Below, piece after piece: positions 7,188 to 17,225 of a DNA stretch of 58,485 bases. Position numbers and translations under genes: made by a program. A model generated the notes under the pieces. It saw only the letters and a list, made by a program, of their open reading frames with translations. It was not told the DNA's origin and made no database searches. Source of the DNA: Candidatus Woesearchaeota archaeon (lineage in GTDB: Archaea; Nanobdellota; Nanobdellia; Pacearchaeales; GW2011-AR1); NCBI GenBank assembly GCA_964389765.1, contig CAYMES010000002.1, forward strand, positions 1 to 58,485, in the 5' to 3' direction. How positions within the stretch are numbered: the stretch's first letter is position 1; each line of letters opens with the position of its first letter.

Positions 7188-8021
7188 TTAGAGCTTTTCC
7201 ATTTCTTTTAATCTTTTTTCTGAACTTATAGATGAAGAAAACATGTTCCAGAAAATTCTTGAAAGCCACTCTGTCCAATCTTTATTTTTAATAGTATAAA
7301 ATATAAATATCTTTTTATCAAGTTCATGAATCTTTCCAGTAGGTTCTTTAATTTCTTTTATTCTTATAATTTTATTATCTATAATAAATGCTCTAATTGG
7401 ATGTTCTTTATGTCTGATTTCAATCATCTCTTTTCCATATTTAAAATTTAAAGAAAGAAGCTTCTTAATATTCTTTTTCCCTGCAATATCTACTCTACAA
7501 ATAACTTTTATACTTATGCCTTTTTTAACTAGTTCTTCGAGTATTTTAAACATATCAAAATTTTTATTTTTAAGATTGATAAATGAAAGATTTCCTGAAA
7601 ATGATAAGACTTGTTTTTTAGTTGTTTTAAGAATTTCAGCAAGTTCTTTTAAATTTGTAGAATTTTCATCTATAGCTTTTTCTAAGATTGCTCTTTTATC
7701 ATTGTCTTTTACATGTTGAAATATATCAAAAGCAGAAAAATCTTCTTTTTTTCTTGCTTGTAATATTTGTTTTTCTAATTGTTCTTGAAATACTGAGGAA
7801 GATGCTTTTTCAATTGATGCCCAGTAGACTATTTTTAGTGCTCCTCTTGTTCCTCCTCTAAAAACTTTTGTAGATATTGTTCCAAAATCTTTTTGTATTT
7901 CTTTTATATATCTATCAGCTGTTCTCCAACTCTTTTCAATATGTTTAGCTGTTTCTTGTATAGAACGTGGTTGTTTATAAACAAATTCCTCTATTTTTTT
8001 TACAATTTTATGATTTAACAT
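7188..8021 (-). CDS. Putative winged-helix transcriptional regulator (TrmB-like architecture)
   Basis: N-terminal HTH-like segment (PRSIQETAKHIEKSWRTADRYIKEI) plus a long C-terminal domain. This is a weak call. Confidence 0.35.
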   Translation of the reverse strand: MLNHKIVKKIEEFVYKQPRSIQETAKHIEKSWRTADRYIKEIQKDFGTISTKVFRGGTRGALKIVYWASIEKASSSVFQEQLEKQILQARKKEDFSAFDIFQHVKDNDKRAILEKAIDENSTNLKELAEILKTTKKQVLSFSGNLSFINLKNKNFDMFKILEELVKKGISIKVICRVDIAGKKNIKKLLSLNFKYGKEMIEIRHKEHPIRAFIIDNKIIRIKEIKEPTGKIHELDKKIFIFYTIKNKDWTEWLSRIFWNMFSSSISSEKRLKEMEKL

Positions 8022-8097
8022 TTTTATATTTTAAAATTTTAGGATATTTAAATATTTATATAATGTAAAACACTATTGACAGAATTTATACAGAAAT

Positions 8098-8718
8098 ATG
8101 TATATAGTTTGCAACTCTTCTGATAGTATGAGAAGAAAAAAATGTGAAATTAAAAGATATGTTCTTACAGGAGGTTCATGTTGTGGAAAAACTACTTTAC
8201 TTAATGAATTAAGAGGCAGAGGATTTTCTGTTTTGAATGAATCTGCAAGAGAAATATTAAATCATACTAGGTTTTTAGATAATAGGCAAAATTTTGTATC
8301 TTTTCAATCAGAAATTTTTTTAAGACAATTAGAGCAAGAACAGAAAGCTTTTAGTCAGAAGCAAGATAAAGAGGTTATTTTTTTAGACAGGAGCTTAATA
8401 GATAGTTATGCATATTTTTATCATAAGTTAGGTTATGTTCCTGAAAATATATCTAAGATTCCTGAAATTGATTTAAAGAATAGATATTCTTTAGTTTTTG
8501 TCTTAGAATTATTACCTTTTAAAAAAGATGGTATAAGGATTGAAGAAGATTCTAGACAAGCAGAAAAAATTCATAAAAAAATAATTTTAACATATCAAAA
8601 TTTTGGATATTCTCTTATATTTGTTCCAGCAAAATATTCTGTATTAGAAAGAGCAGATTTTATTCTAAAAATTGTTGAAAGGAGGTATGAAAGAAATGGG
8701 GGGATGTTATGGAACTAG
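8098..8718 (+). CDS. P-loop ATPase/kinase, AAA_28 (NadR-kinase-like) family
   Basis: Walker A LTGGSCCGKTTLLNEL, about 200 aa. The start may be the internal Met at 8128. Confidence 0.55.
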   Translation: MYIVCNSSDSMRRKKCEIKRYVLTGGSCCGKTTLLNELRGRGFSVLNESAREILNHTRFLDNRQNFVSFQSEIFLRQLEQEQKAFSQKQDKEVIFLDRSLIDSYAYFYHKLGYVPENISKIPEIDLKNRYSLVFVLELLPFKKDGIRIEEDSRQAEKIHKKIILTYQNFGYSLIFVPAKYSVLERADFILKIVERRYERNGGMLWN

Positions 8719-9706
8719 TTATGTATATAGTAGATGTTCAAAAACTAGCAGAGGAAACTATGGAAACAGCTTAAGAAAATTTGTAAGTGATAGAAACTTA
8801 GAAGATCTTGTTAAAGCATATAAAGATTTTTTCTTATCTAATGAATCAGGATTTATAGCAAAATTAGCAGAACAAACAGATATTGGAACAGTAGAAGATA
8901 TTCCTAAAGAATTTCCAGAAATAGAATATGAGGTTAAATTTGATATTAAACCATCTTCAGAATATCAGTTAAGTGAAAAAGAACCAGATGTAATACAATA
9001 TCTTGATGCATTTGATTTTCCAACAGCTAAAAAAGCCAGATTTTTAAAAGATCCTGTAAATAATTTTTCAATAGGAGTGAATAATTTTATCGGAGATGAT
9101 TCTGATGAAAAGTTAGTTATTATTGAAAAAGCAGGAAACATTTATCTAAAAGAAAAGGGTTTAGTTGAACTAACAGATGTAGGAGTTGATTTTGAAAAAA
9201 TAGTAATTAAAAGAAAAGAACAAAGATATCAGTCTTCTTTTGAACAAGCAATGGAAAAAGCAAATCAATTAACTAAGCAAAAAGGGGTTAATTATAGAGG
9301 AAAGATAAGAAAAGAAAAAGGAGACGCATTTGTTCTTGATACAAATGATGGAAGGATTTATTCATTTACAATAACAAGAGCACATCTTATAAAACCAGGA
9401 CAAGAGCAAGAATCAGGAATACAAAGACAATTAGAATTAGAATATGCAGGATATATTTCTGGATTTAAAGGATTTAAAAAAGATTCAGAAAAACAAATAG
9501 TTCAAGGAATAGTAGATTTAGCTAAATATACTTATGGATTGTATAATAATGCGCCTATAGAAGATGATGATTGGAGAATGAAACTAACTTTAACAGGAGA
9601 AAGAAAATATGATTTTATAAATCAGAAACAAGAGAAAAAAGCTTTGCCTTTACCTAAAAAAATGTTTTCAGTAAGTACAAGCAGAATAGGAGAACATGCA
9701 AAATAA
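8696..9706 (+). CDS. Hypothetical protein with CYTH-like (triphosphate tunnel) signature
   Basis: EIEYEVKFDIK (ExExK-type N-terminal strand) and a later QRQLELEYAGY strand, with alternating charged residues. The start was chosen 10 nt after GGAGG; alternatives are 8672 and 8687. Confidence 0.35.
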   Translation: MGGCYGTSYVYSRCSKTSRGNYGNSLRKFVSDRNLEDLVKAYKDFFLSNESGFIAKLAEQTDIGTVEDIPKEFPEIEYEVKFDIKPSSEYQLSEKEPDVIQYLDAFDFPTAKKARFLKDPVNNFSIGVNNFIGDDSDEKLVIIEKAGNIYLKEKGLVELTDVGVDFEKIVIKRKEQRYQSSFEQAMEKANQLTKQKGVNYRGKIRKEKGDAFVLDTNDGRIYSFTITRAHLIKPGQEQESGIQRQLELEYAGYISGFKGFKKDSEKQIVQGIVDLAKYTYGLYNNAPIEDDDWRMKLTLTGERKYDFINQKQEKKALPLPKKMFSVSTSRIGEHAK

Positions 9707-10337
9707 TTTGTTTTTTTTATGTGGTCCGCATGGCTCTGGAAAAACTACTTTTGGAAAAAAGTTAGCTGAACAAAACAATGAGATAGTGATTCCAGAGCTA
9801 TATTCACGGAATATTAAATTTAATATTCAGGATGAGCAATATAGACAATATCTTAAGATATGTTCAAGAGCTATAGAAAATTTTGAATATTTACAAATAG
9901 CAAAAAATAATCCAGATAAGATAATTTTAGCTAATAGATGTATTTATGGGGTATTAGCTTATAATTTTGTTTATTACCAGATGGGATGGATTTCAGAGCA
10001 GGCTTATAAAGGCAATAGTATTCATTCAAAAAATTTTTTTAGACAAGAAGTAAGAGAGCCATATGCTATAGTTGTTAATCCTGGATTAGATAAATGTAAG
10101 GAGCATTTAAAAAAAAGATGGAAACAAAAAGGAAAAAAATGGAGAGAACAGGATATGAGCTATTTGGAATTTGCATGTGAAGTTTATGAACAATACAAAC
10201 ATAATGATAAGATATTTTATATTGATTATGAACCTAATTTAAAAGATAATCAGAGTACAAAAGAAGTTTATAATTGGATTATTGAGAAGTCAGGGTTAAT
10301 AAAAGGTAAAGAACAAGGAGAAACAATTGCTGTTTAA
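9696..10337 (+). CDS. P-loop nucleoside/nucleotide kinase-like protein
   Basis: Walker A LCGPHGSGKTTFGKKLAE. Size and layout resemble deoxynucleoside kinases. It overlaps the upstream gene. Confidence 0.4.
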   Translation: MQNNLFFLCGPHGSGKTTFGKKLAEQNNEIVIPELYSRNIKFNIQDEQYRQYLKICSRAIENFEYLQIAKNNPDKIILANRCIYGVLAYNFVYYQMGWISEQAYKGNSIHSKNFFRQEVREPYAIVVNPGLDKCKEHLKKRWKQKGKKWREQDMSYLEFACEVYEQYKHNDKIFYIDYEPNLKDNQSTKEVYNWIIEKSGLIKGKEQGETIAV

Positions 10338-10630
10338 TTTTCATATTTTTTTATTAAGTATTCTGCTATTACAATGGTTATAAGTGAAGAATTAGGATTG
10401 TTGTAATCTAAACCTGTTCTCTTGCAGAATTCTCTATCATAACATAAATCTTGGACCAATTTTCTTGCTTTTAATCCAATATCTCTTGGAATTATTTGTT
10501 CTGCTTTTTGTCTTATATCTTTTTCTACAAAGCTTCTAGTTTTATCAGAATACTTATTATATATTTGAATTTTTTTAGCTATATCTTCTAAATCTATATC
10601 TAATCCTTTTACAATAGGAATTTTATCCAT
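10334..10630 (-). CDS. Hypothetical protein
   Basis: 98-aa ORF. Confidence 0.4.
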   Translation of the reverse strand: MDKIPIVKGLDIDLEDIAKKIQIYNKYSDKTRSFVEKDIRQKAEQIIPRDIGLKARKLVQDLCYDREFCKRTGLDYNNPNSSLITIVIAEYLIKKYEN

Positions 10631-10645
10631 CTTTTTTAAATTAAT

Positions 10646-11317
10646 TTAAATTTTAATAATTCTTCCTTTTCTTCCTATATTAATTACTTTTGTTTTTCCT
10701 ACTTTTTCTTCAACACCTTCTAATTCATGAATATGTCCTGATAAAAATAAATCTGGCTGAAATTTTTCTATTGCTTTTCTAATACCTTTATTTCCTGGCC
10801 ATCCAGAAAGTTCTGATTTAGTATCTGCTGCATGTAGATGAGTTACCATGATTTTTTTCTCAAGATTCCTTACTTTGTTGAAGTTTTTTCTTAATCTTTG
10901 AAAAGCTTGTTTATTAGGTATTTCAAGAGTTCCAGGATTTCCTAATCCAAATATCCCTATATTTCCATATTTAACATAATAATTATCAAGGTTTTTGATA
11001 TTATAAAATTTTGATAAGAAATTAGCTGTTTCTGGATCATCCCAGTTTCCAGGAACAAATAAAACTTTTTCTCCTCTTTTTTTAAATGGTTTAATTAAAT
11101 TTTTAGTTTCAGTTATTCCCGTAATATCTCCTGTTAATACAACTAAGTCCACTTTTTCTTTTTTAGCTTGTTTAGCAAGTTTTTCTGCTAATTTTGAATC
11201 TCCATGAATATCTCCTGCTGCAAGAATCTTAAGTTTTTCTTTCTTTTTTCTTTGTTGTTTTTTATGTGTTTTTTTTCTTATTTTACTTTTTTTACTTTTT
11301 TTATTTTTTGTTTTCAT
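10646..11317 (-). CDS. Calcineurin-like metallophosphoesterase with polybasic N-terminal tail
   Basis: ILAAGDIHGD, LTGDITG, GNWD, THLH and SGHIHE motifs. ATGA overlap with uppS. Confidence 0.8.
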   Translation of the reverse strand: MKTKNKKSKKSKIRKKTHKKQQRKKKEKLKILAAGDIHGDSKLAEKLAKQAKKEKVDLVVLTGDITGITETKNLIKPFKKRGEKVLFVPGNWDDPETANFLSKFYNIKNLDNYYVKYGNIGIFGLGNPGTLEIPNKQAFQRLRKNFNKVRNLEKKIMVTHLHAADTKSELSGWPGNKGIRKAIEKFQPDLFLSGHIHELEGVEEKVGKTKVINIGRKGRIIKI

Positions 11318-11997
11318 TTTCCAAATCTTCTTTTTCTTTTTTTAAATTCTTTAATAGCCTGCATTAGGTCTTGTTTTTGAAATTCAGGCCACATTTTATC
11401 TAAAAATAACCATTCACTATATGTAGATTGCCATGTTAGAAAGTTGCTTGTTCTTTTTTCACCACCTGTTCTTATTATTAAATCAGGTTGAGAAGACATA
11501 TAAAGGTTTTTATTTATGGTATTTTCATTAATATCTTTAGCAGGAATATCTTTTTTTATGATTTTTTTTATAGCTTGAATAATTTCTTGTTTTCCTCCAT
11601 ATGCAATTGCAAAATTAACTGTCATTTTATTATTTTTTTCTGTATCTTTTTCAAGTTTCTTACATTCTTTAGATAATTCTTGAGGCAGAAGGGAGAGATT
11701 TCCCATAAATCTAATTTTTATTTTGTTATTTTGAATCTTTTTTCTATCCATATTTTTAAATTCTTTTATAAAAAGGTTAAATAAGTATTTTAATTCTTTT
11801 TGAGGACGATTTTTAATATTTTCAACAGAAAGACAATAAAGGGTTAGTTCTTTTATCTGATGTTGATTAGCCCGTTCAATTAATTTTTCAACTTTTTTAG
11901 CCCCATATTCGTGCCCTTTCCAAGGTTTGAGAAGAAGTTTTTTTGCAAATCTTCTGTTTCCATCAAGTATAATAGCTAGATGATTTAATTTTTCCAT
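11314..11997 (-). CDS. uppS: cis-Prenyltransferase (undecaprenyl/di-trans,poly-cis-polyprenyl diphosphate synthase)
   Basis: HLAIILDGNRRFAKK and IRTGGEKRTSNFLTWQSTYSE motifs. Confidence 0.93.
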   Translation of the reverse strand: MEKLNHLAIILDGNRRFAKKLLLKPWKGHEYGAKKVEKLIERANQHQIKELTLYCLSVENIKNRPQKELKYLFNLFIKEFKNMDRKKIQNNKIKIRFMGNLSLLPQELSKECKKLEKDTEKNNKMTVNFAIAYGGKQEIIQAIKKIIKKDIPAKDINENTINKNLYMSSQPDLIIRTGGEKRTSNFLTWQSTYSEWLFLDKMWPEFQKQDLMQAIKEFKKRKRRFGK

Positions 11998-12075
11998 TTT
12001 ATATCCTTTTTTATTTTTTAATAATAAAATTCAATTAATAAATCTTGCTTTTTATATTTATTTAAATTAAATTTA

Positions 12076-12660
12076 TCAAATTATAAACAACTTTATTAGT
12101 AACATTGTTGCTCCTGCTACTAAAGGAATTATTAAGTCATCATCTAATTGGATTTTTTGAATTTCTATAATTAGTGATTCAAATATCATTGCTATAAATG
12201 CTCCTGAAAATGCTATTATAGGAGATACAAAAAACATAGCAAATAAACTGCTTATGATAAACCCTGCTATGTGTCCTTCTATATTTTTCTTTTTATTAAT
12301 TACAGAATTTGTTTTCCCAAAATTTTCTCCTACAAAATGTGAGATAGGGTCTGCAAATGTAAGGATTGTTATGGAAGCAAGAGCTATATCTAAAGGAAAG
12401 ATTTTCCATGCAAGAAGTATTCCCGCTAAAAACATTATAAATGCTTTTCCAGGTAGATCAGGATTTTCTCTTTCAAATTTTTCAAGAAAAAAATTCACAA
12501 CAGGTATTTTTAGTTTTAAACTTATAAAAGATAAAATTCCAGAAATTATTAAAATAATAAATAATTCAAGAGGAGAAATTAACTTATAAATAATTAGGAA
12601 TATAAAAAGAATTCCTAGCAATATATGAAGTATTTGTCTTCTAATTTCTTTAATTTTCAT
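12076..12660 (-). CDS. Membrane CTP-dependent polyprenol (dolichol) kinase / CdsA-family protein
   Basis: Multi-TM protein with FADPISHFVGENFGKT...KNIEGHIAGF (D..A...G...GK....K..EG pattern). It lies next to uppS. Confidence 0.55.
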   Translation of the reverse strand: MKIKEIRRQILHILLGILFIFLIIYKLISPLELFIILIISGILSFISLKLKIPVVNFFLEKFERENPDLPGKAFIMFLAGILLAWKIFPLDIALASITILTFADPISHFVGENFGKTNSVINKKKNIEGHIAGFIISSLFAMFFVSPIIAFSGAFIAMIFESLIIEIQKIQLDDDLIIPLVAGATMLLIKLFII

Positions 12661-12716
12661 TATTACTTGTTGTTTTTAATTTCTCACTCTTAATTCCCAG
12701 AAGAAGCTAATAATTA

Positions 12717-14045
12717 TTAAGATTTTGTTGTTGAAGAGTTCTTTGTTTTATTTTTAGGTTTTTTTATTGGTTTGATTTCTTTAAATCCTGTGTATTTATG
12801 AAGGGCTTTTGGAACTTTAATTATGCCTTGTTTTGTCTGATTGTTTTCTATAATTGCAACCAGAGCTCTTGAAGTAGCTATAGCTGTATTATTTAAAGTA
12901 TGGGGAACAATTCTTTCATTTTTTATTCTTGTTGATATTTCTAACTTTCTTGCTTGACAATCTGTTAGATTTGAGCAAGAGCCAACTTCAAAATAATCTT
13001 TTCTTCTTGGAGAATATGCTTCAACATCTATCTGGACCTTTTTTAAATCTCCTAAATCTCCTGAGCAGATTTTTAAAATCCTTATAGGGATTTCTAAATC
13101 CCTGAAAATTTCTACTGTTATGTTCTGCATCTGCTTAAAAAATTCATCGCTTTGTTCTGGATGGCATATGACAATCATCTCTATTTTATTAAACTGATGA
13201 GTTCTAAATAATCCTTTTTCATCTAAACCATGACTTCCTATTTCTTTTCTAAAGCACATACTATAAGAAGTTTGTTTTATGGGAAGTTTTTTTTCATTAA
13301 TTTCTTGTCCTGCAAATCTTCCAATTAAAGAATGTTCACTAGTTCCAATTAAAGCCATTTTTGGTTTATCTTCTACTAGATAGATTTGTTGTTGCTTGTC
13401 ATTTAGGTCTGTAACTTTATCAATAATCTTTTCTTTTAACATTAAAGGAGTTTCTACATATCTAAATCCTTTTGAAACCATCTTATCAATTCCAAATCTG
13501 ATTAAAGCTTGATTTAATAATGCAATTTTATCTTCTATATAATAAAAACCTGTTCCAGATACTCTTGCTGAAGAATTAAAATCCGCCATGCCTAGTTTTT
13601 CTGCTATTTCAACATGACTTTTAACTGGAAAGTTAAATTTTTTTGGTTTTCCTATTATCTTTTCAACTTTATTTTCACTATCATCTTTTCCCATAGGAAC
13701 ATCATCAGATATTAGGTTTGGAATTTCAGTAAGAATAGAATTAATTTCTTTTTTTATTTCTTGTTCTTTTTTTTGAGCTTGTTCTATTTGTTGAGGAATT
13801 TTTTTAGCTTTATTAATAAGATCTTTAGCTTTTTTCTCTTGTTTGTCTTTTTTAGCTTTGTTAATCTCCTTACTTACCTTGTTTCTTTGAGCTCTAAGAT
13901 CATCAGCTTGTTTTTTTAGATGTCTCCATTTTTTATCAAGTTCAGTTACTTTATCAACTAATTCTAATTTTTCATTTTGAAATTTTTTCTTGATATTTTC
14001 TTTAATAATCTCGGGATTTTCCCTAATTAGCTTTATATCTATCAT
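12717..14045 (-). CDS. serS: Seryl-tRNA synthetase
   Basis: MIDIKLIRENPE start, N-terminal coiled coil, class II core (GTSEHSL, FRKEIGSHG, RTHQFNKIE), and a Lys-rich C-terminal tail. Confidence 0.93.
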   Translation of the reverse strand: MIDIKLIRENPEIIKENIKKKFQNEKLELVDKVTELDKKWRHLKKQADDLRAQRNKVSKEINKAKKDKQEKKAKDLINKAKKIPQQIEQAQKKEQEIKKEINSILTEIPNLISDDVPMGKDDSENKVEKIIGKPKKFNFPVKSHVEIAEKLGMADFNSSARVSGTGFYYIEDKIALLNQALIRFGIDKMVSKGFRYVETPLMLKEKIIDKVTDLNDKQQQIYLVEDKPKMALIGTSEHSLIGRFAGQEINEKKLPIKQTSYSMCFRKEIGSHGLDEKGLFRTHQFNKIEMIVICHPEQSDEFFKQMQNITVEIFRDLEIPIRILKICSGDLGDLKKVQIDVEAYSPRRKDYFEVGSCSNLTDCQARKLEISTRIKNERIVPHTLNNTAIATSRALVAIIENNQTKQGIIKVPKALHKYTGFKEIKPIKKPKNKTKNSSTTKS

Positions 14046-14120
14046 AAGTCCAGTAAAAGAAGAGATTATTTAAAGATTATGATTAATAAACTTTATTAAC
14101 AATCTTCTCTTGTTTAAAAT

Positions 14121-14891
14121 ATGGATAAAATAAAAAATATGGAAAAAATAATTGATAATGCTCCTGAAAAGATGCAAAGCATGTTAGATTCTATTTATAG
14201 GTTTAACCACAGTTTTTTAATAAATAAAGAGGGTAAAAAAGTTGAAGATGAGATTTTATTAGAAAGACTATTATTTACTATGTCTATTATAGACAGAAGG
14301 TTTTTTGTTGAGGAGGACATTTTTGACGCATATTTAGATACAGCTCTTTCTATAAAAAAAGGTCAAACAATTAGCCAGCCATCTACAGTTGCAAGGATGA
14401 TTATGCTTGCTGAAATAAAGCAAGGAGATGATTTTTTAGAGATTGGTGCTGGAAGTGGATGGAATGCTGCTCTTATTTCTTTTCTTGCTTATCCAGGAAA
14501 AGTAGCAAGTGTCGATAGAATTAATAGTTTGATAAAAAACGCTATTAAAAATATTTCTGAATTAAGAAATAACTTAAAACAGATTAGTCCTCAAAATGTT
14601 AAAAAATTAAGTAAGATAAATTTTTTTTGTGAAGATATATTTAAAAAAGGCAAAGCATGGAAAAGCAATTATGATAAGATTATTTTTACTGCAGGCATAC
14701 AAAATAAAACTCACCAAGAAAAAATAAAAAAATTAGCAAAAGATTTACTAAAAAAACAAGGCATTTTAGTTTGCCCAAAAACAATAGGGCCTATATTATA
14801 TTTTAAAAAACAGAATAATGGAGAAATTAAAAGATATGAAACAAAAGAAGAATATAGATTTGTACCTTTATTAAATGGAAAAGAAAAATAA
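14121..14891 (+). CDS. pcm: Protein-L-isoaspartate O-methyltransferase
   Basis: TISQPSTVARMIMLAEIKQGDDFLEIGAGSGWNAALIS motif. Confidence 0.85.
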   Translation: MDKIKNMEKIIDNAPEKMQSMLDSIYRFNHSFLINKEGKKVEDEILLERLLFTMSIIDRRFFVEEDIFDAYLDTALSIKKGQTISQPSTVARMIMLAEIKQGDDFLEIGAGSGWNAALISFLAYPGKVASVDRINSLIKNAIKNISELRNNLKQISPQNVKKLSKINFFCEDIFKKGKAWKSNYDKIIFTAGIQNKTHQEKIKKLAKDLLKKQGILVCPKTIGPILYFKKQNNGEIKRYETKEEYRFVPLLNGKEK

Positions 14892-14917
14892 ATTTTTAAA
14901 AGAGGTAAAATAATAGA

Positions 14918-15493
14918 ATGGAAGTAAAAGCAAGAATTAAGATATGGTCATTTATATTAGCAATTATTTTAGTTATTATTCTTATTATAGGTGTGTTTTT
15001 TTATTATGCAACTGCTTCTCCTTCTAAGCCAAAATACAGTATAAAAGAGATTAAGAATCCAATAAATCAAACTAATACTACTTTTGAAAAAGCTCTTGTT
15101 AACTTTAATAAAAATTATGTTGAATATATGGTTTTTGCAATAGGTGGTTGGAAATTACATAATCCTCCTTTATCTAAAGATACACCTAAAGTAAAGATTA
15201 TTGTAGATGATGAAGTTTATAAATCAGAAATTAAAAATACAGAAGTAATAACTACTAAACGAGATTTTGATGATGAAGACATTTCAATTATAACTACAAA
15301 AGAAGAGATAACTAGGGCGATTCTTTCTTTAGATATTAAGGAATATATGGAAGAATCAATTCAACAAGGAAAAACAATTCTTGAGTTAAAAGCAGGACAT
15401 GTAAAATTATTTTCAAAAGGTTATTTAGAATTGTATAAAGATATTACTGGAAAAAGTTTAACTGGAGAGATTGTAAGAAAGATTAAATCATAG
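14918..15493 (+). CDS. Membrane-anchored hypothetical protein
   Basis: N-terminal TM helix (WSFILAIILVIILIIGVFFYY). Confidence 0.5.
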   Translation: MEVKARIKIWSFILAIILVIILIIGVFFYYATASPSKPKYSIKEIKNPINQTNTTFEKALVNFNKNYVEYMVFAIGGWKLHNPPLSKDTPKVKIIVDDEVYKSEIKNTEVITTKRDFDDEDISIITTKEEITRAILSLDIKEYMEESIQQGKTILELKAGHVKLFSKGYLELYKDITGKSLTGEIVRKIKS

Positions 15494-15511
15494 GAAGTTT
15501 TTTATACATAT

Positions 15512-15922
15512 ATGCTTAATAATTATATGAAAAGAGAAAAGAAAAGAAGAATTATTTATATTTCTCTTTTAGCAGCAGGAGTAGGATTAGGATTGGGAGC
15601 ATATTCTTTTTGGGTCCATAGGGTTTTATCAGAAGTTAGAAATGTCTCAGAAAATATACAAGCAATTTCAGAATTTGGAATTATTAATCCGGATTTTAAT
15701 CCAGATTTAGGAGGAGGATTAGGTAAAGAATTAGCTAAAGATGCTCATAAGTTTGAAAAAGTTTATAAGTTTGAAAAGAGATATAGGAGAACAAAAAGTT
15801 TTTTAGAAGAAAAAGCAGAAGAGAAAGGAGAAGAGCCAGATAAAATAAGTGATAGAGAAATTCTTAAATACATGGCTCTGGAAAAAAATTTGGTACTGAA
15901 AAAGCAGAAGAATTATATTTAG
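15512..15922 (+). CDS. Membrane-anchored hypothetical protein
   Basis: N-terminal TM helix followed by a charged tail. Confidence 0.45.
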   Translation: MLNNYMKREKKRRIIYISLLAAGVGLGLGAYSFWVHRVLSEVRNVSENIQAISEFGIINPDFNPDLGGGLGKELAKDAHKFEKVYKFEKRYRRTKSFLEEKAEEKGEEPDKISDREILKYMALEKNLVLKKQKNYI

Positions 15923-16115
15923 GATTAGAAGATAAGGGTATTGATATTAACGACGGTAAAGTGATTTATAGAAAGTAATTTCACTACCACTTGGTTAAAT
16001 TTTTTCACAGAAAGATTTATAAATCAAAACTGTTCTGTAATATATAGTTTAGATTATATATAACTTAGACTAAGGGACTTGTTATATATGATAAATAAAC
16101 ATTAAAATCTTTAAA

Positions 16116-16382
16116 ATGGACGATAATTTCGATATATTTTTTAGAAGAAAACCAGCTTTAATGTTGGTTGCTTTAAAAAAATTGAATAAATCAAAATATG
16201 GAAGTGTTCTTGCAAAAGAAGTTGACTGTACATACAGCCATGCAGTAAAAATACTACAGACTTTAGAGAAATTAGGGTTAGTGACTTTTGAAAAGAAAGG
16301 AAGAATCAAACTTATAGACTTGACAAAGAAAGGAAGAGATGTAGCTGATAATATTGATTCAATTAGAAGAGTTTTAGGTTAG
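16116..16382 (+). CDS. Small winged-helix DNA-binding protein (MarR/ArsR-like)
   Basis: GSVLAKEVDCTYSHAVKILQTLEKLGLVTFEKKGR pattern. Confidence 0.6.
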   Translation: MDDNFDIFFRRKPALMLVALKKLNKSKYGSVLAKEVDCTYSHAVKILQTLEKLGLVTFEKKGRIKLIDLTKKGRDVADNIDSIRRVLG

Positions 16383-16386
16383 TTTA

Positions 16387-16974
16387 TTAAGCTGCTCCTT
16401 TGCTTTCTCCAAAAACAATTCCTTGAGCAACTAGATGAGCTACTCTTAGAGGTTCAGGAATATTTGAATTAATACAGGTAATTTTTAAAATTTTTCTTGC
16501 TTGATTAATATTAAGTCCTTTTATCTGAATATAAGCTGTTTTTTCTTTGTTTTTATTTTTTATTCTAAGCTTATGAATTTTCCCTGCATTTTCTATAGCT
16601 TTTAATCTTTTTTTATCTATTTTTGATACAGCTTTTTTAAATTTCTTTATGTTTGGTTTTTTTCTCATAAAAATCATTATAGGTATTTTTGTTCTTTTCC
16701 AGATTTCTTCTATATCTAACATGTTAAATCCTGCAAAACTTATTCCATCTAACATTATTAATTGAAGTTGGTCTTTATGTCTTGTTTTGTTAATATTTTT
16801 AATTATTTTTAAAGTGGCATTATTGCCATCATTATCTACATAAAAAGAAATTAATCCGTCAATATAATTTCCTCCCCTATATATTGTTCCAACACATAGA
16901 ACTTCATCTTGTTTTCTAGAAAAAGGAGAATCGTCAATTCCTAATATTCTTATTTCTGGTTTTATCTTTTTCAT
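16387..16974 (-). CDS. DUF99 / UPF0215 family protein (EndoV-like fold)
   Basis: IRILGIDDSPF N-terminal signature, about 195 aa, archaeal family. Confidence 0.7.
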   Translation of the reverse strand: MKKIKPEIRILGIDDSPFSRKQDEVLCVGTIYRGGNYIDGLISFYVDNDGNNATLKIIKNINKTRHKDQLQLIMLDGISFAGFNMLDIEEIWKRTKIPIMIFMRKKPNIKKFKKAVSKIDKKRLKAIENAGKIHKLRIKNKNKEKTAYIQIKGLNINQARKILKITCINSNIPEPLRVAHLVAQGIVFGESKGAA

Positions 16975-17225
16975 AAATATCTAAAGGATAGATTATTTTT
17001 ATATTTATTTGATAAATTAGTTAAAATTAGGTTGTTTAATTTTAGGTTGTAATTATTTATATTAAATAAATGTGATTTTGTTAAGCAAGTTTTATAAATT
17101 GTAAAGATTATTATTAATAGAAGATATAGTTAAATATATACACAACTTTTATAAATTCTTTTTATTTTTAAATAACCCTTTAGAAACCATTAACTTTATC
17201 TGTAACTAAATTAAAAATAAGTAAA

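Noticed and set aside
12254-12589. Plus-strand ORF 12254-12589 (111 aa)
   Set aside because: It is antisense to the multi-TM polyprenol-kinase-like gene and has no start context.
10646-14045. Poly-Lys tails on the metallophosphoesterase (N-terminus) and SerRS (C-terminus) as possible repeats or fusion artefacts
   Set aside because: They are in frame and continuous with the enzymes. They are consistent with the Lys-rich proteome of an AT-rich genome and are not separate features.
17027-17050. Direct repeat TTAGGTTGT x2 in the divergent intergenic region between the DUF99 and methyltransferase genes
   Set aside because: It is only 9 nt and occurs twice in a long AT-rich spacer, so it could easily be chance.
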